A stretch of 64,000 nt of DNA from Vulcanimicrobiota bacterium (GTDB lineage Bacteria; Vulcanimicrobiota; Vulcanimicrobiia; Vulcanimicrobiales; Vulcanimicrobiaceae): NCBI GenBank assembly GCA_963733295.1, contig CAVTCS010000003.1, positions 1,504,001 through 1,568,000 of the forward strand. Direction: 5' to 3'. The translations under genes were made by a program, and so were the position numbers. Under the pieces are notes generated by a model. The model worked only from the letters and a program-made list of their open reading frames with translations, was not told where the DNA came from and made no database searches. Below, piece after piece: positions 47,127 through 56,966 of this stretch. Numbering within the stretch: the stretch's first letter is position 1; each line of letters opens with the position of its first letter.

Positions 47127-47855
47127 GTGGCGCCGTTTCTCGCCGTACGAGGCCTCACGGTTCGCTTCGGCGGGATAACGGCGCTCGATGACGTCTCTTT
47201 CGACGTAGCCGAAAATTCCATCACCGGTCTCATCGGACCCAACGGCGCCGGCAAGACGACGTGCTTCAACTGCATAACGCGATTCTACAAGCCGGGTTCC
47301 GGCGCGATCGAGTTCGAGGGCGAAGATCTGCTGCGCGGCGCGCCGCACTCGATCGCGAGGCGCCGCATTGCGCGAACGTTCCAAAACCTTGCGCTGTTCG
47401 ACCGAATGACGGTGGCCGACAACGTGCTGGTTGGCTCACATTCGCGCTTCAAAAGTAACTCGGGCGAGCGGGAGGCTCGTGCGGAAGCCGTCCGCATCAT
47501 CGACTATCTGGGCTTGGCGGAGGTCGCGGCGCGTCCCGTTCACGGTCTTTCGTTTGGGACGCGCAAAGCGGTAGAGTTGGCGCGTGCGCTCGCCGCGGCC
47601 CCCAAACTCTTACTCCTCGACGAGCCGGCCGCGGGTCTCCGAGCCGAGGAAGTCGCGCTTTTGGGAGAAACGATCGGCCGCATACGACGCGATTTCAATA
47701 CGACGGTGCTGATGGTCGAACATCACATGCGCCTCGTCATGGGTGTGTCTGAGCGTGTCGTCGTGCTCGATTCCGGACGCGTCATTGCGCTCGGAACGCC
47801 CGAGGCCGTGCAAGGCGATCCCGCCGTCATCGAAGCCTACCTCGGTACGGTCTAG
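47127..47855 (+). CDS. livG: ABC ATPase
   Basis: GPNGAGKT, RTFQN, LLLDEPAAG, VEH, EAYLG. Confidence 0.93.
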   Translation: MAPFLAVRGLTVRFGGITALDDVSFDVAENSITGLIGPNGAGKTTCFNCITRFYKPGSGAIEFEGEDLLRGAPHSIARRRIARTFQNLALFDRMTVADNVLVGSHSRFKSNSGEREARAEAVRIIDYLGLAEVAARPVHGLSFGTRKAVELARALAAAPKLLLLDEPAAGLRAEEVALLGETIGRIRRDFNTTVLMVEHHMRLVMGVSERVVVLDSGRVIALGTPEAVQGDPAVIEAYLGTV

Positions 47856-47856
47856 C

Positions 47857-48567
47857 GTGCCGCTTCTCGCTGTAAGCGACCTCCGAGCCCGTTACGCCGA
47901 GATCGAAGCGGTACACGGCATCGATCTCGCGGTCGAACCCGGTGCCATTGTCGCGTTGCTCGGAGCAAACGGAGCCGGCAAGTCGAGCACGTTGCGCGCG
48001 ATCACCGGAGCCATACGGACGAGCGGTTCGGTCGTCTTCGACGGCGTCGCGCTGCGAGCTGGGGGGCCTGAAGACTCCGCCCGCCTCGGTATCGCGCACA
48101 TCCCCGAAGGCCGTGGAACCCTGGGCGGCTTCACCGTTTGGGAAAACCTGATGCTCGGCGCTTATCTGCTCAAAGATCGCGCGCGCGTCAAGGAACGCTA
48201 CGAGCGCGCCCTCACCTACTTTCCGTGGTTGGAACAACGCAAGAGCCAAGTGGCCGGCACGCTCAGCGGCGGCGAGCAGCAAATGCTCGCCATCGCGCGC
48301 GGACTCATGCTTAAGCCGCGTCTCATGCTGCTCGACGAACCCTCTCTCGGACTCGCGCCGATCGTCGTGCGGCAGATATTCGCACTTCTGGGCGAGATCA
48401 ATCGACAGGACGGCGTCAGCATTCTCGTTGCTGAGCAAAACGCGACGCTCGCGCTGCAGGCGGCGAGCCATGCGTACGTCCTCGAAACCGGCCGGATCGC
48501 ATTTTCGGGCCCAACGGCCGACCTGCTTGCGGACGATAGGATCCGGCGCTCGTATCTCGGTTACTGA
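47857..48567 (+). CDS. livF: ABC ATPase
   Basis: GANGAGKS, PEGR, LSGGEQQM, LDEPSLGLAP. Confidence 0.94.
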   Translation: MPLLAVSDLRARYAEIEAVHGIDLAVEPGAIVALLGANGAGKSSTLRAITGAIRTSGSVVFDGVALRAGGPEDSARLGIAHIPEGRGTLGGFTVWENLMLGAYLLKDRARVKERYERALTYFPWLEQRKSQVAGTLSGGEQQMLAIARGLMLKPRLMLLDEPSLGLAPIVVRQIFALLGEINRQDGVSILVAEQNATLALQAASHAYVLETGRIAFSGPTADLLADDRIRRSYLGY

Positions 48568-48574
48568 TCGCGCT

Positions 48575-49585
48575 TCATGAGCCCCGGGGCCGGTCGAGAT
48601 CCCATCTCTCCTCGGCCGCAAGCATGAGGCGCTTCTGAAGCTGCGCCGTTTGTGCCGGCCTCGGGTCGCTCGCGTCGAGGTTCTCGATTCCGTATCGTTC
48701 GCGCAGCACGGCGTCGTCGTCCGCGAAGTACTCCCGAAAGGCCGCGACGTCCGTCTCGTCAAGCGGCGCGAACTTCAGGGCGAGAACCCCCCGCTCGTCG
48801 TCGTTGAGAACTTCGGCGGCGAGCGCAAGGGGATCCGGCGCGTCTCTCCCGCCGTCCGGCAGATTCGCGTGCAACGCGCGCAAGACGCCTAACAGGTCGA
48901 GCGACGGGTTCGCGCGTCCGATGCCCGGGACGACGACCTGTGAAGCTTCGTGGTGTCCCAAGAGAGCCGCGACGAAGTCGCGTTCCAGCGCGACGTCGTC
49001 GACGCCGCGAGCATACGGCCGGACGATGACGTTCCGCAACCCGAACGCATCGGCGAAACGATCGGTCAGCACGATGTAGCGGAAGCAAAACGCCCAGTTG
49101 GCCGCGTACGTAAAGACGCCCTCCGCGCGTAAAGAGCGGATGAAGTCGAAGAACCCGCACGCCAAACCGTGCTTTACGAGTTCGGCGTACAGCGACTGCG
49201 CGTACTCCTCGCGCGAGCGCAAATACAGAACCGCGCTCGGCTCGTATCCAGCCTGACGAAAGGTCGAGGCGAGACGCTCCAGCTCCTCGGGGCGCGTATG
49301 GAGATACTCGAAATCTTCGGAACTGATCGCCGTGACGCGGGCTTTGCGTTCGGAGACCTCCGCCGTGAGATCTTCGAGCGTTCCATCTTCCGCTCTGAAG
49401 CGCGGGTCGCGATTCAATTGCCAGGCGACGTTATGATGCCCGGCCACGCCCGGCGACGGAAAGCGTCCGCGAAGGGGGACGAAAACGTCGGGATGGGGCG
49501 GACGCGCGTCCCAGCTTCCAAGCATGATCTGCAACGTCGTTGTTCCGGTTTTGTGCGTACCGGCATGCACGAAGACGCGATTCAC
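48575..49585 (-). CDS. Sulfotransferase-like P-loop protein
   Basis: VHAGTHKTGTTTLQ, ISSEDF, YLR; GTGA overlap with VOC gene. Confidence 0.7.
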   Translation of the reverse strand: MNRVFVHAGTHKTGTTTLQIMLGSWDARPPHPDVFVPLRGRFPSPGVAGHHNVAWQLNRDPRFRAEDGTLEDLTAEVSERKARVTAISSEDFEYLHTRPEELERLASTFRQAGYEPSAVLYLRSREEYAQSLYAELVKHGLACGFFDFIRSLRAEGVFTYAANWAFCFRYIVLTDRFADAFGLRNVIVRPYARGVDDVALERDFVAALLGHHEASQVVVPGIGRANPSLDLLGVLRALHANLPDGGRDAPDPLALAAEVLNDDERGVLALKFAPLDETDVAAFREYFADDDAVLRERYGIENLDASDPRPAQTAQLQKRLMLAAEERWDLDRPRGS

Positions 49586-49974
49586 GATCCTTCGACGTCG
49601 TGACAGACTTCGTACTTATTTCCATCGGCGTCCTCAAAGAAGACTGCGTAGTAGTCGTCACCGTATTCAGGATGCAGCCCCGGCCCCTCGAGACGCAATG
49701 CGCCGGCCGCGCGGGCCGCCTCCGCCGCGGCATCGACGGCACTCTGAGTCGCGACCGCGAAGGCGACGCGCATCGAGCCTGCGACGTGTTCCGGATCGAG
49801 GAGGAAGCCGACGGCGGGACGCGCCCGGTCGACGTGACGGTAGCTGACGAACTCGTCATACTCGCTGCGGGGGACGTACCGCATGACCGGAGCCAGAGCG
49901 TCAAACAGCCGCTTCGTCCTGGGAATATCGCGAACGTGAACGTCGATGTGATGCATGTCGGGCCGCTTTGGCAC
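49582..49974 (-). CDS. VOC/glyoxalase family protein
   Basis: HHIDVHVRD, VAF..VD, YYAVFFEDADGNKYE; start 49974 or 49956. Confidence 0.88.
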   Translation of the reverse strand: MPKRPDMHHIDVHVRDIPRTKRLFDALAPVMRYVPRSEYDEFVSYRHVDRARPAVGFLLDPEHVAGSMRVAFAVATQSAVDAAAEAARAAGALRLEGPGLHPEYGDDYYAVFFEDADGNKYEVCHDVEGS

Positions 49975-50052
49975 GGTGCGCGGCGGCACCTCGGCATTTC
50001 GTGATCTCACGCAGCGAGGCCGCATCGACCGCCCTCCTCGAATACGCGCGGA

Positions 50053-51288
50053 ATGGCCATGCGACCCGGACTGATTCTTCTCGGATTTGCGAGCGGGCTC
50101 ATCGCCTGCTCGGGCGGGGGCGGCAGCGGCAATGCGCCTTCGGGCCCGAAACCGACCGCGACGGCCGGCGCGACGACGACGCCCAATGCGAACGCTACGT
50201 CCACTCCAACGGCGAGGGCAACGGCGACCGCTTCCGGGAGCGCGACCGCAACTCCGACCGCGACGGCTGCGGGCGCCGTTCTGGTCGTGGGTCCGGGGCA
50301 GCAGTACGCGACGCTAGCTGCCGCGGCTGCCGCGGCGGTAGACGGCGACACCATCGACGTCGTCGCGGGGACCTACACCAACGACTTTGCGGGCTACATC
50401 GGTGCGAACGTGACGATCCAAGGCGTCGGTGGGATGGTGCATGAGCTCTACACGACGGCGCCGCCCAACGAGAAAGCACCACTCACCGTCGAGAAAGGGC
50501 TGACGCTGAAGAACTTCGAGATCTCCGGCGTTACGATTTCCGCGGCCGAAGGGAACAACGGCGCGGCGATACGGCTCGAAGGCGGCAACCTCTTCGTCCA
50601 ATACTGCTACATCCACGACAACCAGGACGGCATTCTCGCGGACGCCGTGACCGGAGCGACGGTAACGATCGACCACACCGAATTCGCGCGCAATGGCGCG
50701 GGCGACGGATTCTCGCACAACCTCTACATCAACGCCGTCGCTTCGCTCACGTTCACAAACGACTACTCGCACGACGCGAACGTCGGGCACGACCTGAAAA
50801 GTCGCGCTCTTGCCACGACGATTCAAAACAGCGTCATCGCGGACGGTCCGAGCGGAACGGCGAGCTATGAGATCGACATTCCGAATGCCGGTGTCGCGCT
50901 CATCGAAAATAGCTTTATCGAGAAAGGCCCGCTGGCGCAGAACTCCAATATGATTCACTACGGCGGTGAGAGTTTAGCGGCCGCGTACCCGAGCAATAGC
51001 CTTACCATCTCCGGAGGGACGATGGTTAATGCCTATGGTTCGTCCGCGGTCGCGATCTCGAATCAGGCGTCGAGCGTCGCCGCCGGACTCAGCGTGACGC
51101 CGGTGGTCAGCACGAACGTTTTCTGGGGCTTCGGGGCTTCGAACATCGTGCAGGGCGGTCCAGCCCCTAGCATGAGCGGCAACACGATCAACCCTACGAC
51201 GAGCGGAGCTCCGGCGATTCCGACGACCCCTCCCTGGGCGAGCGCGCCGGTCATACCCGTCCCATCCGCGCACGCGCGCGGAAGGTGA
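50053..51288 (+). CDS. Lipoprotein with right-handed parallel beta-helix
   Basis: Lipobox LIAC, Thr/Ala linker, NGAAIR, HDNQDGIL, HNLYI, GHDLKSRA. Confidence 0.82.
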   Translation: MAMRPGLILLGFASGLIACSGGGGSGNAPSGPKPTATAGATTTPNANATSTPTARATATASGSATATPTATAAGAVLVVGPGQQYATLAAAAAAAVDGDTIDVVAGTYTNDFAGYIGANVTIQGVGGMVHELYTTAPPNEKAPLTVEKGLTLKNFEISGVTISAAEGNNGAAIRLEGGNLFVQYCYIHDNQDGILADAVTGATVTIDHTEFARNGAGDGFSHNLYINAVASLTFTNDYSHDANVGHDLKSRALATTIQNSVIADGPSGTASYEIDIPNAGVALIENSFIEKGPLAQNSNMIHYGGESLAAAYPSNSLTISGGTMVNAYGSSAVAISNQASSVAAGLSVTPVVSTNVFWGFGASNIVQGGPAPSMSGNTINPTTSGAPAIPTTPPWASAPVIPVPSAHARGR

Positions 51289-51339
51289 ACGCCCAGCGGC
51301 TAACGCACGAGCCGTTTGAGACGTTGTTCTGAGCAACCA

Positions 51340-52967
51340 ATGTCTCATGGAGGCCTCTTCAAACGTCTAGCTTCTTCCGCCGCCTTCGTCGCGGATTGCT
51401 CGTAGCCGCATCGATTGGCGCGCTTTCGGGATGCGCCGCGAGCGCGGCCGGCTCCCATCGGGATCCAGGGACGCTCGTGGTCGTCGAACCAGCCGACGGC
51501 AACACGATCGATCCGCTGTACGCCAACAGCGAACCGGCGCAATTGTATGGCGGCTTCGTATTCGAAGGACTCGCGACCCAGGGCGCTCACTTCGCGACTA
51601 TTCCGTGGCTGGCGACGAGCTGGACGCACACGCCGGACGCACTGCATTGGACGGTCTACTTGCGTCACGGGGTCGTCTGGTCCGACGGTGCGCCGTTCAC
51701 GTCGAAGGACGTGCTCTGGACCTGGAAGGCGATGCTCGATCCGGCAACCGGCTTTCCGTACGCAGGTATGTATGCATACGTCGGCAAGATCACGGCGCTT
51801 GGACCGTACGCCGTTCGCTTCGATCTCAAGACGCGCAACGCGCTCTTCGAATCGCAATCGTTGGCAACGCCGCTTCTGCCCGAGCACATCCTCGCGAAGA
51901 TTCCGGCGGCTCAGTTGCGTAAGTCCTCATTCGGCCAGCACCCGATCGGGACCGGGCCTTACACCGTGTCGGAGTGGCAGCACGACGACCACATCGTCTT
52001 CGAGCGAAATCCGCGTTGGTGGCGCGGTTCCCCGAAGATCGCGCGAGTCGAAATGCGCATCGTGCTCAACAACGAGGCGCGTATGGACGCGCTCGAAGAC
52101 GGCAGCGCCGACCTCGTCGACAGCATGCGGACGTCCGACTACTTCTCGCTGCTCCAGAAGGACCCCAAGCTCAAGTTCGTCCACCTTCCCGGCCTCTACA
52201 GCTACTTCGTCATGACGAACCTGCGAGTGGCGGGGCTCAGCGATCTGCGCGTGCGGCAAGCGATGATGTACGGATGGGACCGCAAGCAAGTGACCGGGGG
52301 TCTCTTGCACGGCGACGCCGTCGTCGACGATAGCATCGAGCCCGTGGGACTCGGGTATTGGCACGACGGTAACGTAACGCACTATCCTTTCGACCCGGCC
52401 AAATCGCGCGCGATTCTCGACGCCGCGGGCTGGAAGCTCGGCGACGACGGCGTTCGTGCCAAGGGAAAAGACCGGCTCGCCTTCGTGTTGTCGATGTCGA
52501 ACGGAAACGACACGGCGACCGACGAGGCCGCCGAGTTCCAAGCCGATATGCGCGCGATCGGCATCGACGTCTCGATCAAGCAACTCGACTACGCGACGTT
52601 CATCGACAACACGAACGATTTCAAATACGAGCTCGCGCTGACGGGGTTCGGCGGAATCACCGATCCGGACGAATACACGTTCCTCCACTCCTCGCAGTTT
52701 GCTCCGGCGGGGAACAACGACATGGGCTACAGCAACGCGCGGGCCGATCGCGACCTCGTTGCAGGACTGGCGGCAGTCGGCGATGCAGAGCGCAAACCGT
52801 ACTACGACGACTTGCAGCGCGTGACGTCGCAGACCTTGCCCGTGCTCTGGGGTTGGGATCGTTACTTTGAAGCGGCCTATTCGCCCCGGCTCCACATCGA
52901 TCGCAAGCTGATGCTGCCGGAGCTTCCGTTCTGGTGGAACGAGTACGACTGGACTCTTAGCAGTTGA
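51340..52967 (+). CDS. Peptide/nickel-type (family 5) ABC substrate-binding lipoprotein; probable 1-nt deletion near 51393
   Basis: PWLATSW, WSDGAPFT, PIGTGPY, D.RVRQA; ATG 51340 plus one base gives a full lipoprotein signal, otherwise TTG 51396. Confidence 0.9.
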
Positions 52968-53923
52968 CCTCGTTCATCGTCCGCAGGCTTATCGGGGCGG
53001 TTCCTCTGCTGCTGCTCGTCAGCCTGATCTCGTACGCGATCATGGGCTTAGCGCCGGGCGGTCCGGGCGCGATCATCGCGGAGCAAGCTCGCCGCATGAC
53101 GCCGGTGGCACGGCAACACTTCATCCAACTGCTCGGCCTGGACAAACCGTGGTACGTCCAGTATTTTTACTGGCTGAAAACTTTGATCTTTCAAGGTTCG
53201 CTCGGAAACTCGTACGTGGACGGCCGGCCGGTCGTGGAGAAAATCCTCGAGAAGCTGCCGGTCACGCTCGAACTACTCACGCTCGCGCTGCTGTTGACGC
53301 TGTTGATCGCTCTCCCAGCCGGCGTATACGCCGCAACCAAGCGTAACTCGTGGTTCGACATCGGATCGACCGCGATCGGCTTCGTCGCGTACGGCATTCC
53401 GGTTTTTTGGCTCGGAATCGTGCTCATCGACGTCTTCGCGGTTCACCTTCGCTGGCTTCCCGCTTCCGGCGTGGCGTCGCTTGGCGGCGAGCACGACGTC
53501 GGGGACCGGCTGCGACACCTGATCCTTCCGGTCGTGACGCTGGCCCTCGTAAGTTTCGCTTCGTGGATGCGCTACCAGCGCGGTGCGATGCTCGAGGTCT
53601 TGTCCGAACCGTTCGTGCGGACCGCTCGAGCCAAAGGTCTCGCGGAACGGATCGTCATCTACCGGCACGCACTTCGCAACGCGCTCATTCCGACGGTGAC
53701 GCTGCTCGGCCTCACGCTACCGGGGCTCGTCGGCGGAGCGTTCTTCGTCGAGTACGTCTTTTCGTATCCAGGGATGGGTTATCTCGGCATCAACTCGATT
53801 TTCGCGCGCGACTATCCAACCGTCATGGGCATCACGATGCTTTCGGCGGTGCTGGTCGTGCTGGGCAATCTTCTAGCCGACGTGTTCTACGCGCTCGTCG
53901 ATCCGCGGATCCGTTATGATTGA
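52964..53923 (+). CDS. Peptide ABC permease (OppB/DppB-like)
   Basis: RTARAKGL..HALRNAL, RDYP, DPRI. Confidence 0.93.
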   Translation: MTSFIVRRLIGAVPLLLLVSLISYAIMGLAPGGPGAIIAEQARRMTPVARQHFIQLLGLDKPWYVQYFYWLKTLIFQGSLGNSYVDGRPVVEKILEKLPVTLELLTLALLLTLLIALPAGVYAATKRNSWFDIGSTAIGFVAYGIPVFWLGIVLIDVFAVHLRWLPASGVASLGGEHDVGDRLRHLILPVVTLALVSFASWMRYQRGAMLEVLSEPFVRTARAKGLAERIVIYRHALRNALIPTVTLLGLTLPGLVGGAFFVEYVFSYPGMGYLGINSIFARDYPTVMGITMLSAVLVVLGNLLADVFYALVDPRIRYD

Positions 53924-53935
53924 GACCGGCACGCG

Positions 53936-54838
53936 ATGAGCGCGTTCGTGCGCCGCTTCATGCGCGAAGGTTCGGCGGTTGCGGGCCTCGCGATCGTTCT
54001 GGTCCTCGTCTTCGGTGCGCTCTTCGGGCCGTGGCTCGACCCCGCGTCGCCGATCGCGATCGATCACGCTCTGCTCGGGCATCCCCTGCCGCCCTCGCTG
54101 CAACATCCGTTTGGAACCGATCTTTTGGGTCGCGACGAATTCGTACGGTCGCTTTACGGCGCGCGCGTTTCGCTGACGGTCGGCATCACGGCCATGATCG
54201 TCGCGATTACGATCGGCACGCTCTACGGTGCCATCTCGGGTGCCGCGGGGGGCCGCGTCGATATGGCGATGATGCGCTCCGTCGACGCGCTCCTCGCCTT
54301 TCCGTCCTTCTTTCTCATCATTACGGTCGAGGCGTTGACCGGAAAATTCGCACTCGTCGTCATCGTGCTCATCATCGGCCTGCTTTCGTGGATGGGCGTC
54401 GCGCGGCTCGTGCGCGGCGAAGTCCTTTCGCTGCGCGAGCGCGACTTCGTCGAGGCGGCTCGCGCGCTCGGTGCCAGCCCCGCGCGTCTGGTGCTGCGCC
54501 ACCTCATCCCCAATGCTCTCGGTCCGGTGGTCGTCGCCGGCACGCTCGCGATCGGAGACTTCATCCTGCTCGAGGCCTCGCTCTCCTATCTCGGGCTCGG
54601 CGTTCAAGTCCCGACGCCGTCGTGGGGCAACATGCTGCAAGACGCGCTGACGCCCGACGCGCGAAGCGCATACTGGCTCATCATCACTCCCGGATTGCTG
54701 ATCGTTTTCGCCCTGCTAGGCTTTAGTTTGCTCGGCGAAGGGTTGCGCGTCACGTTCGACCGGACGCAGAGTCAAGAGCTGACCGGAGCGTTCGACGACG
54801 CAGCGATTCCGGCCGCGCGCGTACCGGTCCAGGTTTGA
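53936..54838 (+). CDS. Peptide ABC permease (OppC/DppC-like)
   Basis: HPFGTDLLGRD, FVEAARALG, EASLSYLGLG, SWG. Confidence 0.93.
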   Translation: MSAFVRRFMREGSAVAGLAIVLVLVFGALFGPWLDPASPIAIDHALLGHPLPPSLQHPFGTDLLGRDEFVRSLYGARVSLTVGITAMIVAITIGTLYGAISGAAGGRVDMAMMRSVDALLAFPSFFLIITVEALTGKFALVVIVLIIGLLSWMGVARLVRGEVLSLRERDFVEAARALGASPARLVLRHLIPNALGPVVVAGTLAIGDFILLEASLSYLGLGVQVPTPSWGNMLQDALTPDARSAYWLIITPGLLIVFALLGFSLLGEGLRVTFDRTQSQELTGAFDDAAIPAARVPVQV

Positions 54839-54881
54839 GCCGAGCGAGGGAAAACTGAGGCCCACGCCAATCTCGGGACGG

Positions 54882-55733
54882 ATGCCTCGCCACGCCGAGC
54901 TGCGCGCCGGTCGTATCGTCTACACGAACGACCTCCCGATCTACGCGGCCTTCGACGCGGGGGCCGTCCGCTTTCCGGGATCCCTCGTCGCCGACGTCCC
55001 GTCGGCACTCAACGCGATGTTGCTGGAAGGCCGGCTCGATCTCAGCCCGGTCAGCGCGTTCGCGTACGCGCTGCACGCCGATCGCTTCGCGCTGCTGCCG
55101 GAGCTCTGTATCGGATCGCGCAGGGACGTCTGGTCGGTCCTCTGCATCAGCCCGCGTCCCCTCGACGAACTCGAGGCGGCGACGATCGCCGTCACGCGTG
55201 AGTCGGCCAGCGGGCGAAATTTGCTGCGCGTCCTGCTCGAGCGGCGCTTCGGCGTTCGCGCAAACTTCGCCGACAGCGACGATCCGTACGGCGCCGCCGA
55301 GCGTGGCGAACCGGCGCTGCTCATCGGCGACCGGGCGATCGATGCGTTGCAAAACTTTCCGGCCGCACACATCCACGATCTCGGCCGCATCTGGCATGCG
55401 TGGACGGGCTGTGACATGGTCTATGCCGTGTGGGCGGTCAGGCGCGACGTTTTGGGCGCGCGACCGAACGCGGTCGTCGAGGGAATCGCAGCGCTGGTGG
55501 CCGCGCAACGCTGGGGTGCGGCGCATCCCGCCGACGTCGTCGCGGCGGCGCAGGCGCTTCGCCCGCGTCCCGCCGGTTTCTACGAAGCCTACTACGAAAC
55601 GCTCAACTTCGCGTTCGATGCGCGCGCTCGCGCGGGTCTGCGGCGCTACGTCGAAGAGCTGTACGCGATCGGCGCGATCGAACGAGTTCCGCGCGTCGAG
55701 CCCGAAGCGCTACTCGCCGGCACGACCCCCTAG
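54882..55733 (+). CDS. mqnA: Chorismate dehydratase, futalosine menaquinone pathway
   Basis: GRIVYTNDLP, PSALN, VWSV, SASG, LLIGDRA, DLG..W...TG..MVYAVW. Confidence 0.85.
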   Translation: MPRHAELRAGRIVYTNDLPIYAAFDAGAVRFPGSLVADVPSALNAMLLEGRLDLSPVSAFAYALHADRFALLPELCIGSRRDVWSVLCISPRPLDELEAATIAVTRESASGRNLLRVLLERRFGVRANFADSDDPYGAAERGEPALLIGDRAIDALQNFPAAHIHDLGRIWHAWTGCDMVYAVWAVRRDVLGARPNAVVEGIAALVAAQRWGAAHPADVVAAAQALRPRPAGFYEAYYETLNFAFDARARAGLRRYVEELYAIGAIERVPRVEPEALLAGTTP

Positions 55734-56849
55734 CGGGGCGGACTCGGGCCACGGATTGGCGCCGGGCAGAAGCCAGGACGTTCCGTCGGCGTACTTGACC
55801 TGACGCACGGTATAAAACACCGCCGCCGCACCCGCAAACGGATCGGTCGGATCGTCTAAGCTGCCTTCACCGTCGATCACGCAATTCGGCCGCGAAGATT
55901 TCGCGTCCGCGACGGAAGTCGGCCCTGCGATGGAGGCACCGGACGCGAACGTTCCGATGCGCCGCAACCCTACGACCCGCTTGACGAAGGCGTATGCGTC
56001 GGAAACTTCGAGGTCGACGTCGAGTTCGGTCGCCGTTTTCGGTGCAGTGTTCGTAAACGAAAGGCAGGCCACGCCCTCCGTACCGTCGGCTCGAGAGGCG
56101 GCAAACCCGTGTGTGACCACGATTTGCGACGGACCGCCGTCTGCTTCCAATGTCGAACCCGCAAACAGAAGTGCGCGCCACGCAGATCCTGCCTGCGGCG
56201 GCGAATGCGCCGAGGCAGCGTCGACAAGCGAACTGATCAACGCTTGCGTATCGACCCCCACGCTCACCGAAGAGCCCTGCGAGGTGGTCGTTTGGGACCC
56301 GTCAGCATTGTTCGTCGTGGTCGTTGACGAACTCGATGACGAAGCGATGGGAACCTGTCCGCCCGGAATCATGCTCGCGAGCGTGTTAAAGAATCCGGTG
56401 TGGTGCTGCGGGGCCGGCGTCGGCGTCGGCAAAGGCGGAGGATTGGGCAGCGACAGAGGCACGACGGTGGCAGGCCATGGTCCTGGGACGACCGAGTAAT
56501 CGATCGAAAAGTACGCGGGACCGATCTGAGCGTCGCTGGCACCCCGGGCGTGGAGTGCTGCGCGGCCATGCGACTGCAGCCAGTACAGGAGCGCGTCGCG
56601 GTCGCCGGGGGCCAGGTTCATCACCTGCGTCTCGAGCGCTTCCAACGGACCTCCGCTCGCGTCGGAGGGTTGCGCTCGAGTCGCCCACGCGACGAGCGCG
56701 CTCATCGGTCCGAAACGCGCCGCGTCGACCGCCGCGAGCAGTTCGGACGAGGGCGGCGGCAAGGCCGGGGTCATCAACGGCTGCGCGCTCGCGCGCGACC
56801 AGAGCAGCAATGCCGCGAACAATACGGTCCCGAGAATCGAACGTCTCAT
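55710..56849 (-). CDS. Secreted hypothetical protein
   Basis: Signal peptide, Pro and Ser/Thr linkers, C-terminal CLSFTN..VKYADGTSW domain. Confidence 0.75.
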   Translation of the reverse strand: MRRSILGTVLFAALLLWSRASAQPLMTPALPPPSSELLAAVDAARFGPMSALVAWATRAQPSDASGGPLEALETQVMNLAPGDRDALLYWLQSHGRAALHARGASDAQIGPAYFSIDYSVVPGPWPATVVPLSLPNPPPLPTPTPAPQHHTGFFNTLASMIPGGQVPIASSSSSSTTTTNNADGSQTTTSQGSSVSVGVDTQALISSLVDAASAHSPPQAGSAWRALLFAGSTLEADGGPSQIVVTHGFAASRADGTEGVACLSFTNTAPKTATELDVDLEVSDAYAFVKRVVGLRRIGTFASGASIAGPTSVADAKSSRPNCVIDGEGSLDDPTDPFAGAAAVFYTVRQVKYADGTSWLLPGANPWPESAPLGGRAGE

Positions 56850-56966
56850 CGGCGCAACGTTCTGCACCGCGCGGCAAACGAGCCTGCCATGGCTCCCCTC
56901 AGGCCAAGCTTCCACAGAAGCCGCCCAAAGGCGGGACGTACCGCTTTCGTCTCCAAAGAAATCCCC

